From assembly GCF_009914755.1 (NCBI RefSeq), contig NC_060929.1: a stretch of 64,000 nt of DNA. The stretch is one strand, 5' to 3'. Position 1 is the first letter of the stretch; every line of letters starts with the position of its first letter. The notes beneath the pieces are model-generated. The model was given only the letters and a program-made list of their open reading frames with translations, was not told the DNA's origin and did not search any database. This document shows positions 1-16,320 of this stretch, in pieces. This stretch comes from the human T2T-CHM13v2.0 reference genome, Homo sapiens. The position numbers were made by a program, and so were the translations under genes.

Positions 1-2710
<2,710 letters not shown>

Positions 2711-2857
2711 GAAACCCTGGAAATACAACTTTAAACATTAAATACTGAAAGAACATAAGCAGAGACTAGTTAAATCCAAGGTCTACAAACCTTACAGTAA
2801 TGTTTGCAAACCTTTAAAAGTTATGGAACTTATTTATTTTCTTTGAGTATTTCTGAC

Positions 2858-3231
2858 TGTTGTGTTTTGAATGTGTCCCCTCCAAAATTCATGTTTTGAA
2901 ACTTAATAACCAATGTGATGGTATTAAAAAGAGCAGCTTTTTAAAGGTGATTAGATCATGAAGGATTCTCCCCTAATGAATGGAATTAAGGCCTACATAA
3001 ACAGGGCTTCAACTAGCCTTTCATTCTTGCCCTTCTGCCTTCCACCATGTGAGGACATACCATTTCTCTCCCCTTCTGAGGACGCAGCTCTTACCAGACA
3101 ACCTAGCCTACCAGCGTCTTCTTCTTGGATTTCTGAGCCTCCATCATTACAAGAAAACATATTTCTGTTTCTCATAAATTATCCAGTCTATAATATTCTG
3201 TTACAGGAGCACAAAGCATACTAAAAAGACA
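2858..3231 (+). mobile_element. MaLR solo LTR (MST family, MSTC/D-like)
   Basis: tg...ca termini, ttgaatgtgtcccctccaaaattcatg motif, exact 5-bp TSD ctgac (2853-2857 / 3232-3236). Confidence 0.9.
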
Positions 3232-5306
3232 CTGACTTTCCAATCCTATGACTGAAAAAGTAAAAGTTTCCAATCCTATGAGTGAAAGAATAAATAAAAG
3301 GAATTATAACAGCTTCAATCATCAGAAATGAAGAAATGACTTATGGGTAATATTGTTACTTTTTCCTGAACGAATTATGGGAAAGATTATAAGAATCCCA
3401 TTTTCCTCAAAATGTATAAGAAAAAATTTAACCTAAAGTGAGAAGATTTACATAAGACCAAAATATTTTCTTGTATTTGTGAAACTTAAGCAATTTTCCA
3501 AAATAACTTGGAGATTCTCTTTTTCTGGAAATAGAAGAAAGAAAAGACTATTTCATATATTTAAGGTGTCATTCTCCATATAAATTCTGCAATTTCTTGA
3601 TATCCCTTACAGTTCTGTGAATGTGGCTGCCTAGGGATAAATAAATGTAGAAACAGAAAGCATTACAGCACTTTGCTACTCCACAGGCTCCTAAGCATAA
3701 TTCATGCAGTAGGAAAAAAAGACGACTGAATTTTATGCCTGTGAAAAGGTAGGTTATGTGTCCCTTAAGCCCAAAGTGACACAGTATAAATGAATTGCCC
3801 CATTTTTGGAAATATATCAACTAAAACACTGCTAGGGGTTACAATATGGAAAGGAATAGTCTTCCTAAATGTCAAAATATATAAATATTCATAGCACAGA
3901 CATTGCGGCCTGCATTTTAACTCACTGCCTACTTATACCATTGAAGTGAGAAACATGAAAATAGCCTTGCATGTGACCATGATATTCACATAGTAATGGG
4001 GAGAAAAGTTTTTAAAATAAAAATGGGCATAAACATAAACACTTCTAGGGAAGGCCTATACTTTTAAGTGGTTTGTGTGTGTGTGCTTAAAGTTCATGAA
4101 ACTTGCTTGTTTGACATTTTTTAAAGTATATTATCTCATAAAACGAAAAAATCCATATAGGTTGCATTTATTGCCTTGGAAAATACTATTGTATAGAAAA
4201 AGGACGTATATTTGGTGAAAAGAGAAACAAAAATATCCTATTACTAAAAGAGTGAATGGCATTTGGTAGAAATAAGTTTTCTGAAAATTGAAGATTAGGT
4301 AGTGCTGGTACAGTAGAATTTACTGCAATTGTTCAAAATCATTTCTAATACATCCATGTGTTCACAACACTGCCAAAAGCAACATGGGAGTGTGTGCACG
4401 CAGCAGGCCCACACACAACAAATGCCCTCCCAAGTGTCAATCTTTACATCATTACTAAAAATATATACATCCTTAAAATAATAAAATAGTCTAATATTAA
4501 TAAAACAAGTATCAATATATCTGATATTAACACACATCCATCATTGGGAATATGAAAGATAAATGTAAAACTGAAGAGAAATTTTGGAGAGAACATAAAG
4601 AGATATTATCTGTGAAAATATTTTAGCCTGATTTTTTAAAAAAGTCCCTGAGTTTTATGTTAAGTAATCTGTTGAGGTAACAAAAAGTTAAGTATTAGCA
4701 TATGCAACACATGTTTTCTCTAATTATCTATTAAAATGTTATCATTTTACATTTAATTTCTTAAAATTCTATGATTAATGATATTTCAGTTAAAGGTCTA
4801 TAGGGGGAATAGCCCCATATTATTGTTGTCCCATATATTCTAAGTTAACAACTATATGGGGCTATTTTCAAAAATGAATATCATTGGATTTTTAGGTAGC
4901 ACCTTACCAATAAAATAGATACTGAATGTTCCTGCTAGATTCATAAAATCAAAAAGGAGTTTGATCTATGCACAGACATACACTACTAGGGCGTATACTA
5001 ATCTTTCCCTGATCTATGCATTCTCTCTCAACAGTCAAGTGTTCCACAGCTTCCCCTTGCATATATCCAGTCACTGAACAAGGAATGCTAGTTTTCTTAA
5101 ACTTTTTCATTGAAAAATTTATTTTAAAAACACAGGCTCTACTACCAAAATAGATATCTGCCAAAGATATAACATTATACTTGAGTTTTAGCTTCAATTT
5201 TATGTTTTATTGAGGCTAAAAATACCATCATTTGGGAAAGAGGCATTGAGTTAATATGTAAGTACATTACCAAATATACACATTTTATTGTCTTTGGATT
5301 TTCACC

Positions 5307-5636
5307 TTTTTGTTTGTTTTTTTGACAGGGTCTTGTTGTTTTGCCAGCTGAGCTGAAGTGAGTGGCATGATCATGGCTCACTGTAGCCTCCCCAGTCTCA
5401 ACAGTCCTCCACCTTAGCCTCCCAAGTGGCTGAGACTACAGGCACATGCCACCACAACCAGCTAATTTTTTATTTTTATTTTTATTATTTATTTATTTAT
5501 TATTTATTTATTTATTTGTGGACATGGGGTTTTGCCATGTTGCCCAGGCTGGTTTTGAACTCCTGGGCTCAAGCAATCCAGCCACCTCAGCCTCCCAAAT
5601 ACTGTGATTACAAGTGTGAGCCAGCATGTCCAGCCC
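5307..5636 (-). mobile_element. AluJ with (TTTA)n-expanded linker
   Basis: gacagggtctt, ctcctgggctcaagcaatcc J-type diagnostics. Confidence 0.9.
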
Positions 5637-5767
5637 TGTTTTTCATACTATTAAATTACTTTTGTCATTTATAAACTTTTAACTTTATGCACCCAAATTT
5701 ACAGCCACCATAAGCTAAAAAGCTTTATTTTTTGTGTTAATATTTGTGTCATATATAATCAACATAA

Positions 5768-6064
<297 letters not shown>

Positions 6065-6337
6065 GATAAACATAATTTAAAAAAATTTCAAAATTATTTT
6101 CCCCTGCAAATCAATACTGTGTAAGTAATCTTAATAAAGTCACATTTATTTCATCCTGCTTAAGATGAACATTTGATATGGAACTATCATGATAGTCCAA
6201 TATGGAACTATCATGATATTGAACATTTTATTTTGTTAAAAACATATTTGATTTCAAAATGTCATGCAACAATAAAAATGACATTTCCACAAATTACACT
6301 GCATAAGAGATGGCCTTGAATTCAATACACTAGACCT

Positions 6338-6770
6338 TGTTGAAAGACCATTCTACATGGGTTTATCCTGCTGCTGTACGTCTTTTGTAAACAGAAGCAA
6401 TGACTGCCCCTCGATCTGTACTATCTTTACGAGGATATTTGTACAGTAAACAGCCTTGGAAGACAGAGATAGTGTCTCTCTCTGGAGCAAAGGGCAGACA
6501 TGCTTACTCCTCATTATGAAAGATTGAGAATCCCTAAGCTATGGTTTCTTTCTTGCAATGCAAACCACTGATCACGCCGGCATCAGTGTGAACACATTCC
6601 CATGACCCCACGGGGAAAATGCACTAATGCTCATTGTGCTTGCTGTGATGTGAGTAATAAAGTTCTTTGTCTCTGCCTAGCAGCCTCTGTCAGCATCCCT
6701 GCAACTGTGGCAGGCTAACTTCTTAGCTTGCAGGTGGGGTGTGATCTCAGCGCTTTCACAGTCCTGGACG
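6338..6770 (+). mobile_element. ERVL LTR (LTR47-like), 5' LTR of a decayed provirus
   Basis: tgttg start, acagccttggaagacagagatagtgtctc...ctggagcaaagggcag motif, AATAAA at 6656-6661, PBS-like tttggcaatg immediately downstream. Confidence 0.75.
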
Positions 6771-7462
6771 GTTTGGCAATGAGACTGTGATGTTGACAGA
6801 GATGTCCTTCTAAAAGAGGAAGGATGAGGGCCTCTTGGGCTAGGATAGGGAATACAAGATGACTCCCTAGGATCTGATATTGAATGCTTTTGCCTTAGTA
6901 AAGGGAAAACAGAAGAGAATATGTTCCCTGTCCTGCCTGTTAATGAACAGAAAAAAGAGTTTATGCTTAGAGGCTGAACAGAGAAATATAGCTTTAAAGC
7001 AAGCTGGCCAAATGGTACCTTGATTGTTGTTCACCTTTCTCTAAGGAGTAAAAGAGTGTCGAGGCAGGGGAATTATTATGGCGATGGGACAGAAAGCTCC
7101 ATGGCCCTAGCTAAAAAGCCATGGGGCCATGGCAGCTAAACCAAGATATCCCAAAGCAGAAACAAATATTGTCTGCAGTGAGAACCTTACAAATTAGATT
7201 TACAGTTTTGGGAGGACAGAAAATATGAGAATTTTTTTCATTGAGCTATGAAAATGGTGGATTGAAAATGAAAGCAAATGAAAATTAAGGATGAAGTTGC
7301 TTCATAACTCAGAATCACTCCTTCCTTCTGTACCCTCTGTTTATTTCTACCCCCACTACTCTGACTCGTGTTGAAGATTAAACTGGCAGATTAAAGCACA
7401 TCTATTTGGGGCCACAAATTTTACAGATAAATTATGGCTTCTCATTGAAATATCTGTGTCAC

Positions 7463-7943
7463 TGTAGTGTGTTGAATAGTGAAAGATAGGGCCCAAGTAT
7501 TAACCCCTGATATCTGTGGATGTGATTTTATTTGGAAATAGGTGCTTTGCAGATGTAATTAAGTTAAAGATGAGATGAGATCATTCTGGATTTAGGGTAG
7601 GCCCTAAATTTAACAACTTATAACAACTTATGTCCCTATAAGAAAAAGGAGAGTACGATTTGAAACTTAACTACACAGCAGAGACCCAAAGGTCATGTGA
7701 AGACCCAGGCAGAAATTGAAGTGATGTATCTCTTGCCAAGAGATACCAAGGACTGCCTGCAGCCAAGAGAACCTGGGATTGAGGTATGGAACAGATTTTC
7801 CCTCAGAGTCTCCAGAAGGAACCAATCCTGTTGACGTTTTAACATCAGACTTCTGGCTTCTAGATCTGTGATAGAACACATTTCTGTTGGTTTAAGCCAT
7901 CAATTTGTGGTAATTTGTTATGGAAACCCCCAAAAACTAAACA
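7463..7943 (+). mobile_element. MLT1 solo LTR (MLT1C-like)
   Basis: atttggaaatagg...tttgcagatgtaattaagttaa, cctcagagtctccagaaggaacc, tttgtggtaatttgttatgg...aactaaaca. Confidence 0.9.
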
Positions 7944-9065
7944 GTTGCTATTTGTCATCCACAGTAAGGATCTGTTCTCTGATGAGACTGACAGAAATCA
8001 AACTGCTGATTGAGCCTGCACTAACAAGATTGGACTAGCCATTGCTGCTTGGATCACCATCATTACAAAGGTAGCAATATGTCCCACAACTTAGATTGGA
8101 ACTCTGTCTACAGTTTTCCAGGTTACAGTTTTACAGTTCTAATCCAATCATCTGATGCTATCCACATCACTATAAACTTTAAAATTAATCTCCATATATA
8201 TTTTTTTACTTTCCAGATTATTTTCTGACAATAGTGCACAATTTATTGAAAAAGCCATTCAACCCTGAGTCCTTTGACAGGCCTTCCATGATCGCTAAAA
8301 TACACTGGCATCTGGCATTGTTGAATATTGGAATGGTCTCCTTAATATCACTCAAAAAATATTTCTGACTCTACATCCATTATCTCTTATTGGTCTAAAC
8401 ACCTTAGTAATATGATTTTGTCAGTGGATGTCACTGTACCTGGAAAGGGTTCATCTCTTCTCTTTCCTGGTGATGATCAGACATCAATTAAAGTGGTAGT
8501 GGGTTAAGTATATTGCTTGCTGGGTATCCCACGATGATCCATCTATGGCACATAATAGGTCTTTGTTAGTTTTATGGAAGTTTCTTTGTCTCTCTTGCTT
8601 CTGGCCCTTCTGGATGAAAGGTCTGTGTACAAGGAGACTATGGCTAGAGAAAAAAAAATGTTGTGGTTACAGTTTCAGAAGTAGCAAACTACAACTGTAT
8701 GGCAACCAAGGAAAATCAACCACCCCACCACCCTTACAGGGGATAAGTTTGGCCCTTGAAGCTATAGGACAGAACAGCATAAATAAACTTTCGGTTTTCA
8801 GAGTCACTGCTAGAGCCCTCCTCCCCAAAGAAAATACACTGGTGCAGTTCCCCAAACTAATGCAAATACCTTAAATTTAACTTGCTGCTGGATTTGCTAT
8901 ACCCTACCAGATAGCTCTAACTACAATTTGTTCACCATTTCCCTTAACCTTACTGAGAAGGCTATCTAATGTAGCAGGAGATGGTTATCAGCTCTTAAAC
9001 CTTCACCACAAAAAACCTGCCATCACTTCTGAGTTTTTTTCTTACCCTCATTCCAGCAGCCTCCT

Positions 9066-9676
9066 TTAACAGGCAGAATTTTAAATTGGCCACCATCAAC
9101 TCTCAACAATTGATGTTATTGTAGACTTCCTCTCTCCTTGAATGGGATGAGATCTGTGACTAGCTTCTAAACAATAGGACGTGGCAAAGCGATGGGCTGC
9201 TTCTCCCTTGATTAGGTTACATCACTTGGCAGTGTTGGTGGTCTATCACTCCTGTGATTATGTTACTACATAGGGAAAGGTTAATGCACTGTTTTGCTAG
9301 AATGGATAATCCCTTTGAAAATCCCTCTGCTAAGAACTAAGCTGCTATGGTGTGAAAGCTCAGAAAGAGGGCGCTGTGGCAAGGAAATCAGGGACAGCAA
9401 ACAGCCATCAAGAAAACAAGGACCTCTGTTGTACAGCCTCAAGGAAATGTATTCTGCCAACAAAAAATGAGCTTGAATGTGGATATTTCCCTGGTCAAGC
9501 CTCTAATGTGACCCCAGACCTGGATAGCAACTAAATTACAACTGATCAAGACCCTGAACCCAGATAAAGCTGTGCCCAGACTTCTGACAAACAGAAACTA
9601 TGAGATAATAAATGTGTGTTGTTTTAAGAGGCTAAGTTTGTGGTGATTTGTTATGCTGCAATATAAAACTAATTCA
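9066..9676 (+). mobile_element. MLT1 solo LTR (MLT1E-like)
   Basis: caaggaaatgtattctgccaac, gagataataaatgtgtgttgttttaag...gtttgtggtgatttgttatg MaLR 3' end. Confidence 0.85.
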
Positions 9677-10692
9677 CCATGGCTTAGTCATCACATTGGA
9701 TGTCAACTCATCCTATCACAAATACTACCTGGCTATTGGAATGAACAAAGGATAGTCATCAGGAATGAAGACAGACTCAATTACTCACACTAAACCAGGA
9801 ACTCTAAGACATATCTGCAGAGAGGAACACAGTATTGGAGGCTTTGTTAATCTGTGACCTCCACCTAACATAGGTCTCATTTGGAGGACTCTAACAAGGA
9901 CAAATAACACTTTTATTCAGGGGTCATTGGTTACATCGCTAGGTCTGGGTCATAGCAGATCTGCAATTGCTTAAGAAAACACTACCTCTGAATTATGTAG
10001 CTCTTAGACAATGGAGGAGGTCTCCTAAATTAGGCCACTGTTGGTTACTTAGGGAAGTTTCTCTGGGTAGGGGTAGAGGAATGACTTGTTATCTCTGCAT
10101 ATCTTGCAGGTTATTGTCTCTACAATGAGAGCCATACAAGTAGAAAAGTTGCTATAAAATATGTCCTTAATTTTAGATTAAGAGATCAGTGACATCATCT
10201 GAACTTTGAGAGGCATTCATCTCAGACTCAGCTCACTAACTAGGGCATACTAACTTGTTACATTGAAAATGAGGTAAAATCTTAAGCCTTTCGATGTTCT
10301 TAACATATTTCCAAGTAATTTGCCACAACAATTATGAAAGCATATTTAGGGAAGAATTTTTATATCTAATTTAAAAAATCAATTAACTTCACTAACTTCA
10401 CTAAACATTGTTTGCCTTTGTATTACATTATAATTAAAATCACATGTTCTAGCTATGTACTTATTTACTCTCATTTAAGAGTCTTTTATTCCCAGGTGAT
10501 ACAATTTATTCAACTGTGTAGTGTCATCAACAAGCAATTAACTGCCCATTAATTTCTCTGATTTTTCATTGAAAAATAAATTGAAAATATCAACAGAAAA
10601 AAAGAAATAAAAATAGATTATAGTATATCAATCAAACAGTAAAATATCTTTTTGATCCTATAGCTTCAGAGGTGATTAGGATTATTAATTTG

Positions 10693-10980
10693 TGCCAAAT
10701 GCAGTGGTTTATGCCTGTAATCCCAGCACTTTGGGAGGCGGAGGCATGCGGATCACTTGAGGCCAGGAGTTCACGACTAGCCTGGCAAACATGGTGAAGC
10801 CCTTTCTCTACTAAAAATAAAAAAAAAAGTGGGGTGTGGTGGCACGTGCCTGTAGTCCCAGCTACTTCGGAGGCTGAGGCAGAAAATTGCTTAAACCTGG
10901 GAGGTGGAGGTTGCAGTGAGATGAAATCATGCCACTGCATTCCCACCTGGGCAACAGAATGAGATTTATGTCTCAAAAAA
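10693..10980 (+). mobile_element. AluS (Sz-like)
   Basis: Full Alu; degenerate TSD attattaatttgt / attaataacttgt. Confidence 0.93.
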
Positions 10981-12220
10981 ATTAATAACTTGTTGGCTAG
11001 GTACAGACATATACCTGTAGCTTTTATGAAATCATAGAATCCATAGCATTTTGAAACTTTCATTTTCCCTACAATATGATCTCTCAGTACATTCACATAT
11101 ATATCATTCATTTAATCAACTACATAATGTTTTGCTGTATAGCTCTATTGCAATATATTTAATCATTCTTTTCTGTTGAGTAATTAGGTAGCCTCCAAGC
11201 ATTTGTATTTTACTACTATAAGTCATAATAAAATTAAAATTGGAAAAGTAAGATTAACAGATTTTAATTTATTTGTCTCTAAGAATCCTTTTGTGTTCAC
11301 ATGTTTTGCATCTAAATAATTCACATATTTAGAAATGAATAATATAGTTATAACTGTTTATTATATATAATAATTGATCATGTTATATGATATAGAATTT
11401 ATTATAATATAATTCTAATTAGGCATACTAACATATGTCTGTCATGAAGAAGTAAACTGAGCCATGCAAATACACCAAAATTTGTAGAAATGAACCAAAA
11501 CTTGAACTCAAGTAGTGAAGTTTATCTTTAGAATTAGAACAATAAGTTAATTTCAATGAAGTGAACAAAATAAAGCGATATACCATAATCATGGATGAGA
11601 TGACATAATCTATTCTTCCCCAAATTCATCTATAAATGTAATGGAATCCCAATCAAGAGAAACTTTCTCCCAAATCAAAGCAAAATTGTCTAATTCACAA
11701 AGTCTCATTTTATAAAGTGTATCAAATAGGCTAAGAAAGTAATATGGGAGAACATACCAAGTTATTGCTGTCCCCATAATCTTATTGTAAAATAATACTA
11801 TTATAATAAAACAATCTTACAAAATATTTTTATATCATTTTATACAAAAGAAATTTATGATTCCCAATAGCAGTTGACATAGCTCTGTTCTACTTTGTCT
11901 TCTAAACTTAAAAGGTAAAGAAACCAGTTTGTACTGAAAATCTACACTGGACCATGCCCTTTGTTGGAAGCTATATAAATGTTAATATAGAACCATCGGT
12001 TAGATCAAATGAATCTCCAGAGCTAAGTACATCTAAGGTTCTAGTTACTCTTTATTACAAGTCTGCAAAGAGTCAAAAAGCATAAGGAATTACGCTTTGT
12101 TCTTTCTTTCTTTTTTTTTTTTGATGTATGAAATATTTATTTACAGAATTTAGAGCTGAAGGACTTTTTATTTTATTTTATTTTATTTTATTTTGAAAAT
12201 ACGGGACCTCTATTGGGGAG

Positions 12221-12885
12221 TTTTTTTTTTAAATTATACTTTAAGTTCTGGGATACAGAGCATGCAGGTTTGTTACATAGGTATACACGTGTCATGGTGG
12301 TTTGCTGCACCCATCAAACTGTCATCTCCATTGGGTATTTCTCCTAATGCTACCCCTCCTCTAGCCCTGCACCCTCCGGCAGGCCCCCATGTGTGATGTT
12401 CCTCTCCCTGTATCCATGTATTCTCATTGTTCAACTCCCACTTATGAGTGAGAACATGCGGAGTTTGGTTTTCTGTTCTTGCGTTAGTTTGCTGAGAATG
12501 ATGGTTTCCAGTTTCATCCATGCCCCTGCAAAGGACATGAACTCGTCTTTTTATGGATGCATCGTATTCCACAGTGTATATGTGCCACATTTTCTTTATC
12601 CAGTCTATCATCGATGGGCATTTGGGTTGGTTCCAAGTATTTTCTAGTGTGAACAGTCCTGCAATAAACATACATCTGCATGTATCTTTATAGTAGAATG
12701 ATGTATAATCCTTTAGGTATATACCCAGTAATGGGATTGCTGGGTCAAATGGTATTTCTAGTTCTAGATCCTTGAGGAATCACCACACTGTCTTCCACAA
12801 TGGTTGAACTAATTTACACTCCCACCAACAGTGTAAAAGCGTTCCTATTTCTCCACATCCTTTCCAGCATTGGTTGTTTCCTGAC
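12221..12885 (-). mobile_element. 5'-truncated L1PA (PA7/8-like) 3' end
   Basis: aattatactttaagttctgggatac, tcccacttatgagtgagaacatgc; ORF 12273-12671 is the ORF2 C-terminus (WNQPKCPSMIDWIKKMWHIY). Confidence 0.95.
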
Positions 12886-13084
12886 ACTTTATTCTTTAAA
12901 ATACCTTCTGTTTTTTTCTGAAAACTTCATCTTACATCAATTCCTTTTCTGATGCCAAATGTTGATTTAATGTCTGAGTCACTATTCATTTTGGAAATAC
13001 CAATTTAATGCTTTAACTACTGGTTATTTTACAGAACCAGTTACTATCTTTTTTATAGGATACTTATTTAATATATTCTTTATT

Positions 13085-13260
13085 TTTTTAAATTTTAAAC
13101 CCAAAGAGAAGTTTCAAGAATAGTACAATGAATACTTACATACCTTTCACCAATCATTAACATCTTACCTCTCATGTATATGTAATTTTGATTTATTTAC
13201 TCTCTGAATTTTTTGAGAGTAAGACAAAAACATCATATCGGTTTATCCTAAACATGGCAG
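13085..13260 (-). mobile_element. Old L1 3' UTR fragment (L1MC/MD-like)
   Basis: agaagtttcaagaatagtacaatgaatac...acctttcacc motif. Confidence 0.5.
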
Positions 13261-13572
13261 CATTTTCCTTTTTTTTTTTTTTTCAATGTTCTAGTATCTA
13301 TACTTATTCTGTCAGCCAGGTGTGCATGTCTCATGCCACCTTATTTAGCTATGTCCCAGTTCAAGAGATAAATTAATAAATTTGGTATACTCCCAAGTAA
13401 GGTAATGATTGTTTAATGAGTCAATAATATAAAAATAGGTGGATTCAGTGGTCTGATGAGATTTACATTAGGCCAAATAATTTCCAGTAATCTAAAATTT
13501 TCCCAAAATGATTCCACAGGTACACTGATGCATAAGCCATTAAGTATAACCTATGCAAATGCTAAATTCTGA

Positions 13573-13916
<344 letters not shown>

Positions 13917-15362
13917 ATGTTAGAGAAATCTTATACTGACATAGTGATTAATTAGGTGACTTGCACAAAATTTTAGATAAAAATAATTTTTGAAATACTA
14001 TATTTTATGTATTTTTAAGTTACAGCTAATAAGGAAATTCATTGACATATGTGACTATATCTCTTCTAGTTGATAAACAAAATGTGAAATGAAAGCTGCT
14101 TCCTTTGAAAGTAACTTGTATAGATTTTCATTTCACATCTAGCATTTATAAAACTTGGTATCTAACTGCCTTCTGTCACATTTCATTAGCTACGTCAGTC
14201 CATCTCAACACCATGCATCACATGTCACAAGGATGTAATGCGTCAGTAAAAAGAGAAAAGAGGATCCTATTTATATTGGCATCATATATCGACTTTGAGT
14301 TGAGATACTCTCAGGTCAAGATCCAAGAAAAACATGCAGAGGAAAATGGAGAAGTTCTCCGTCAATATTTTCTTTTGAAATTATTCAAAAAATGTGCTAA
14401 TACTTAAAATGAGTAGGTTTTAGTCACATTAAAACACCAGTATTTCTGGCACCTCCTTCTCCACAGCAATCCTCATCCTCATCTGCAAATACATTCAAAT
14501 TGTATTAGACATATTTCCTCTTTCTTGACCAAATTTTGTTTCTTAATTAAGTTACAGACTATCTAGGTATATACAAATAGGAGAAATGAAATTAAAATAA
14601 ACTTCCATTTTATTTATCATCAGTATCTTAAAGATTCAGATCAGCTCATCTTATGTCAAATGAAGCATATTCGAGATACAAGGTTATTTTTTAAAGAACA
14701 AAATAAAGATTAATGATAGTTTGAATATGAAAATACCATAAAATTCTACAATGTTAGAGCAATGAAAATGCTATTGGCACGTCCAAGCACTGTGTAATAG
14801 TTATGTTTGGTCAAAAACAATTAAAAATTAAGTTATCTAAGAGATGTGCTCCCAAATTATCCTTTGTATAAAACTTATTTATTTGATATAACATATGTTT
14901 TAGATAATTTTTTTTCTTTTGTTTGTTTTTGATTTTCTATTCAGGCAGGATCATAGCTTCTTTCAGGAGACAAGGAAACTGTGTCACAGTGTAACAAGAA
15001 GTTTAGGGAACAAAAATGGATTTTTTATCAGTACTCTACATAAGTTCATAACTTTTGCTCCCTTCCATATTATCTTTGGAAACAGAAGATAAAAAATTGT
15101 CTTCAATTAAATTGATGCTTCAAATAAAAACTTTTGATATTTTAATAAACATTTCAAAAGATACTAGAAAATCTCCTTTTGGATCTGTTCTGAGAAATGG
15201 CTAAGGACAGTGTTGAAAATATAATATTTGAATATCTTGCATAAATTCCAAAATGTGCCGACTATCTTACCGAAATATCACTTGTTGTGGAAGTGATGCC
15301 CTTTTTATATAAGTGACTGCAAGACAATACCACAATCAGAAATGCATTATAAAATGAAAATA

Positions 15363-15578
15363 TTCAGAGACCAGCCTGGCCAATGTGAAGAAACCCCACC
15401 TCTACTAAAAATACAAAAATTAGCCTGGTGTGGTGGAACACGCCCGTAGTCCCAGCTACTCAGGAGGCTGAGGCAGGAGAATCAGTTACATCCCGGAGGT
15501 GGAGGTTGCACTAAGCCGACATCATGCCACTGCACTCCAGACTGGGCAACAGAGTGAGACTCTGTCAAAGAAGAAAAA
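15363..15578 (+). mobile_element. 5'-truncated AluS
   Basis: gagaccagcctggcc...ctaaaaatacaaaaattag and right arm. Confidence 0.92.
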
Positions 15579-15764
15579 ATGAGAGAGAGAGAGAGAGAAA
15601 GAAATAAAGAGAGAGAGAGACAGAGAGAGGAGGAAGGAAGGAAGGAAGGAAGGAAGGAAGGAAGGAAGGAAGGAAGGAAGGAAGGCAGGGAGGGAGGGAG
15701 GGAAAGAGAGAGAGAAAGAGAGAGAGAGAAAGAAAGAAAAAGAAAGACAGAGAAAGAAAGAAAG
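15567..15764 (+). repeat. Polypurine compound microsatellite (GA)n/(GGAA)13/(GGGA)n/(GAAA)n derived from the Alu tail
   Basis: Directly visible; 13 consecutive GGAA at 15632-15683. Confidence 0.97.
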
Positions 15765-15994
15765 TCAAATAGAACATTTAGATACAGAAGATTTGAAATA
15801 TAAGAGATAATATTCTTTCCAAATTGAATATTTCTTAACTATCAAGCCGAATTAGCTGCCTTTTCATAAAAAAAGTAAGTTTTGTTTTATTTTTAATTAT
15901 AGGAAATAAGTACAATAATCTATTCTGGGAAATTTTGTTAATAGTTGAGTAGCAGAATTTTAGATTTGTTTTGCAATTTTTTACAATAAATTTA

Positions 15995-16320
15995 GTTTTG
16001 ATTTTTCTGGGTACATAGTAGGTATAAGGTTGGTAGAAAACTAATTACTTTTAATGGCAAAACCCACAATTACTTTGGCGCCAAACTAATACATATATTT
16101 TTGAGGTACATAAGATATTTTGAGACAAGCATATAATGCATAATAATCACATCATGAAAAATGGGGTATCCATCCTCTCAAGAATTTATCTTTTGAGTTA
16201 CAATTGAATTATACTCTTTTAGTTGTTTTTAAATATACAATTAAATTATTTTGACTATAGTCACCCTTTTATGCTATCAAATCCTAGGTATTATTCATTG
16301 TTTCTATCTTTTCTGTTTTT
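15995..16320 (-). mobile_element. L1MA (MA2-like) 3' end
   Basis: gggtacatagtaggt...ataataatcacatcatg..aaatggggtatccatc...ttgactatagtcaccc. Confidence 0.85.
16025..16089. mobile_element. MADE1 (Hsmar1 mariner MITE), internally deleted, nested in L1MA
   Basis: taaggttggt...aattacttttaatggcaaaacccacaattactttggcgccaaactaa flanked by TA. Confidence 0.85.

Larger units (their letters stand above)
6771..10250 (+). mobile_element. Decayed ERV internal region (ERVL47-int-like), interrupted by two MLT1 LTRs
   Basis: Follows LTR and PBS; integrase-like ASGIVEYWNGLL at 8308-8343; possible env heptad remnant at 10203-10247; no 3' LTR seen. Confidence 0.6.

Noticed and set aside
13269-13380. Poly(T) followed by unique sequence as a processed pseudogene end
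   Set aside because: No canonical poly(A) signal, TSD or recognisable parent
14905-14995. Strong + strand acceptor at 14944
   Set aside because: No convincing downstream donor; T-rich tracts ending in AG are common in this window
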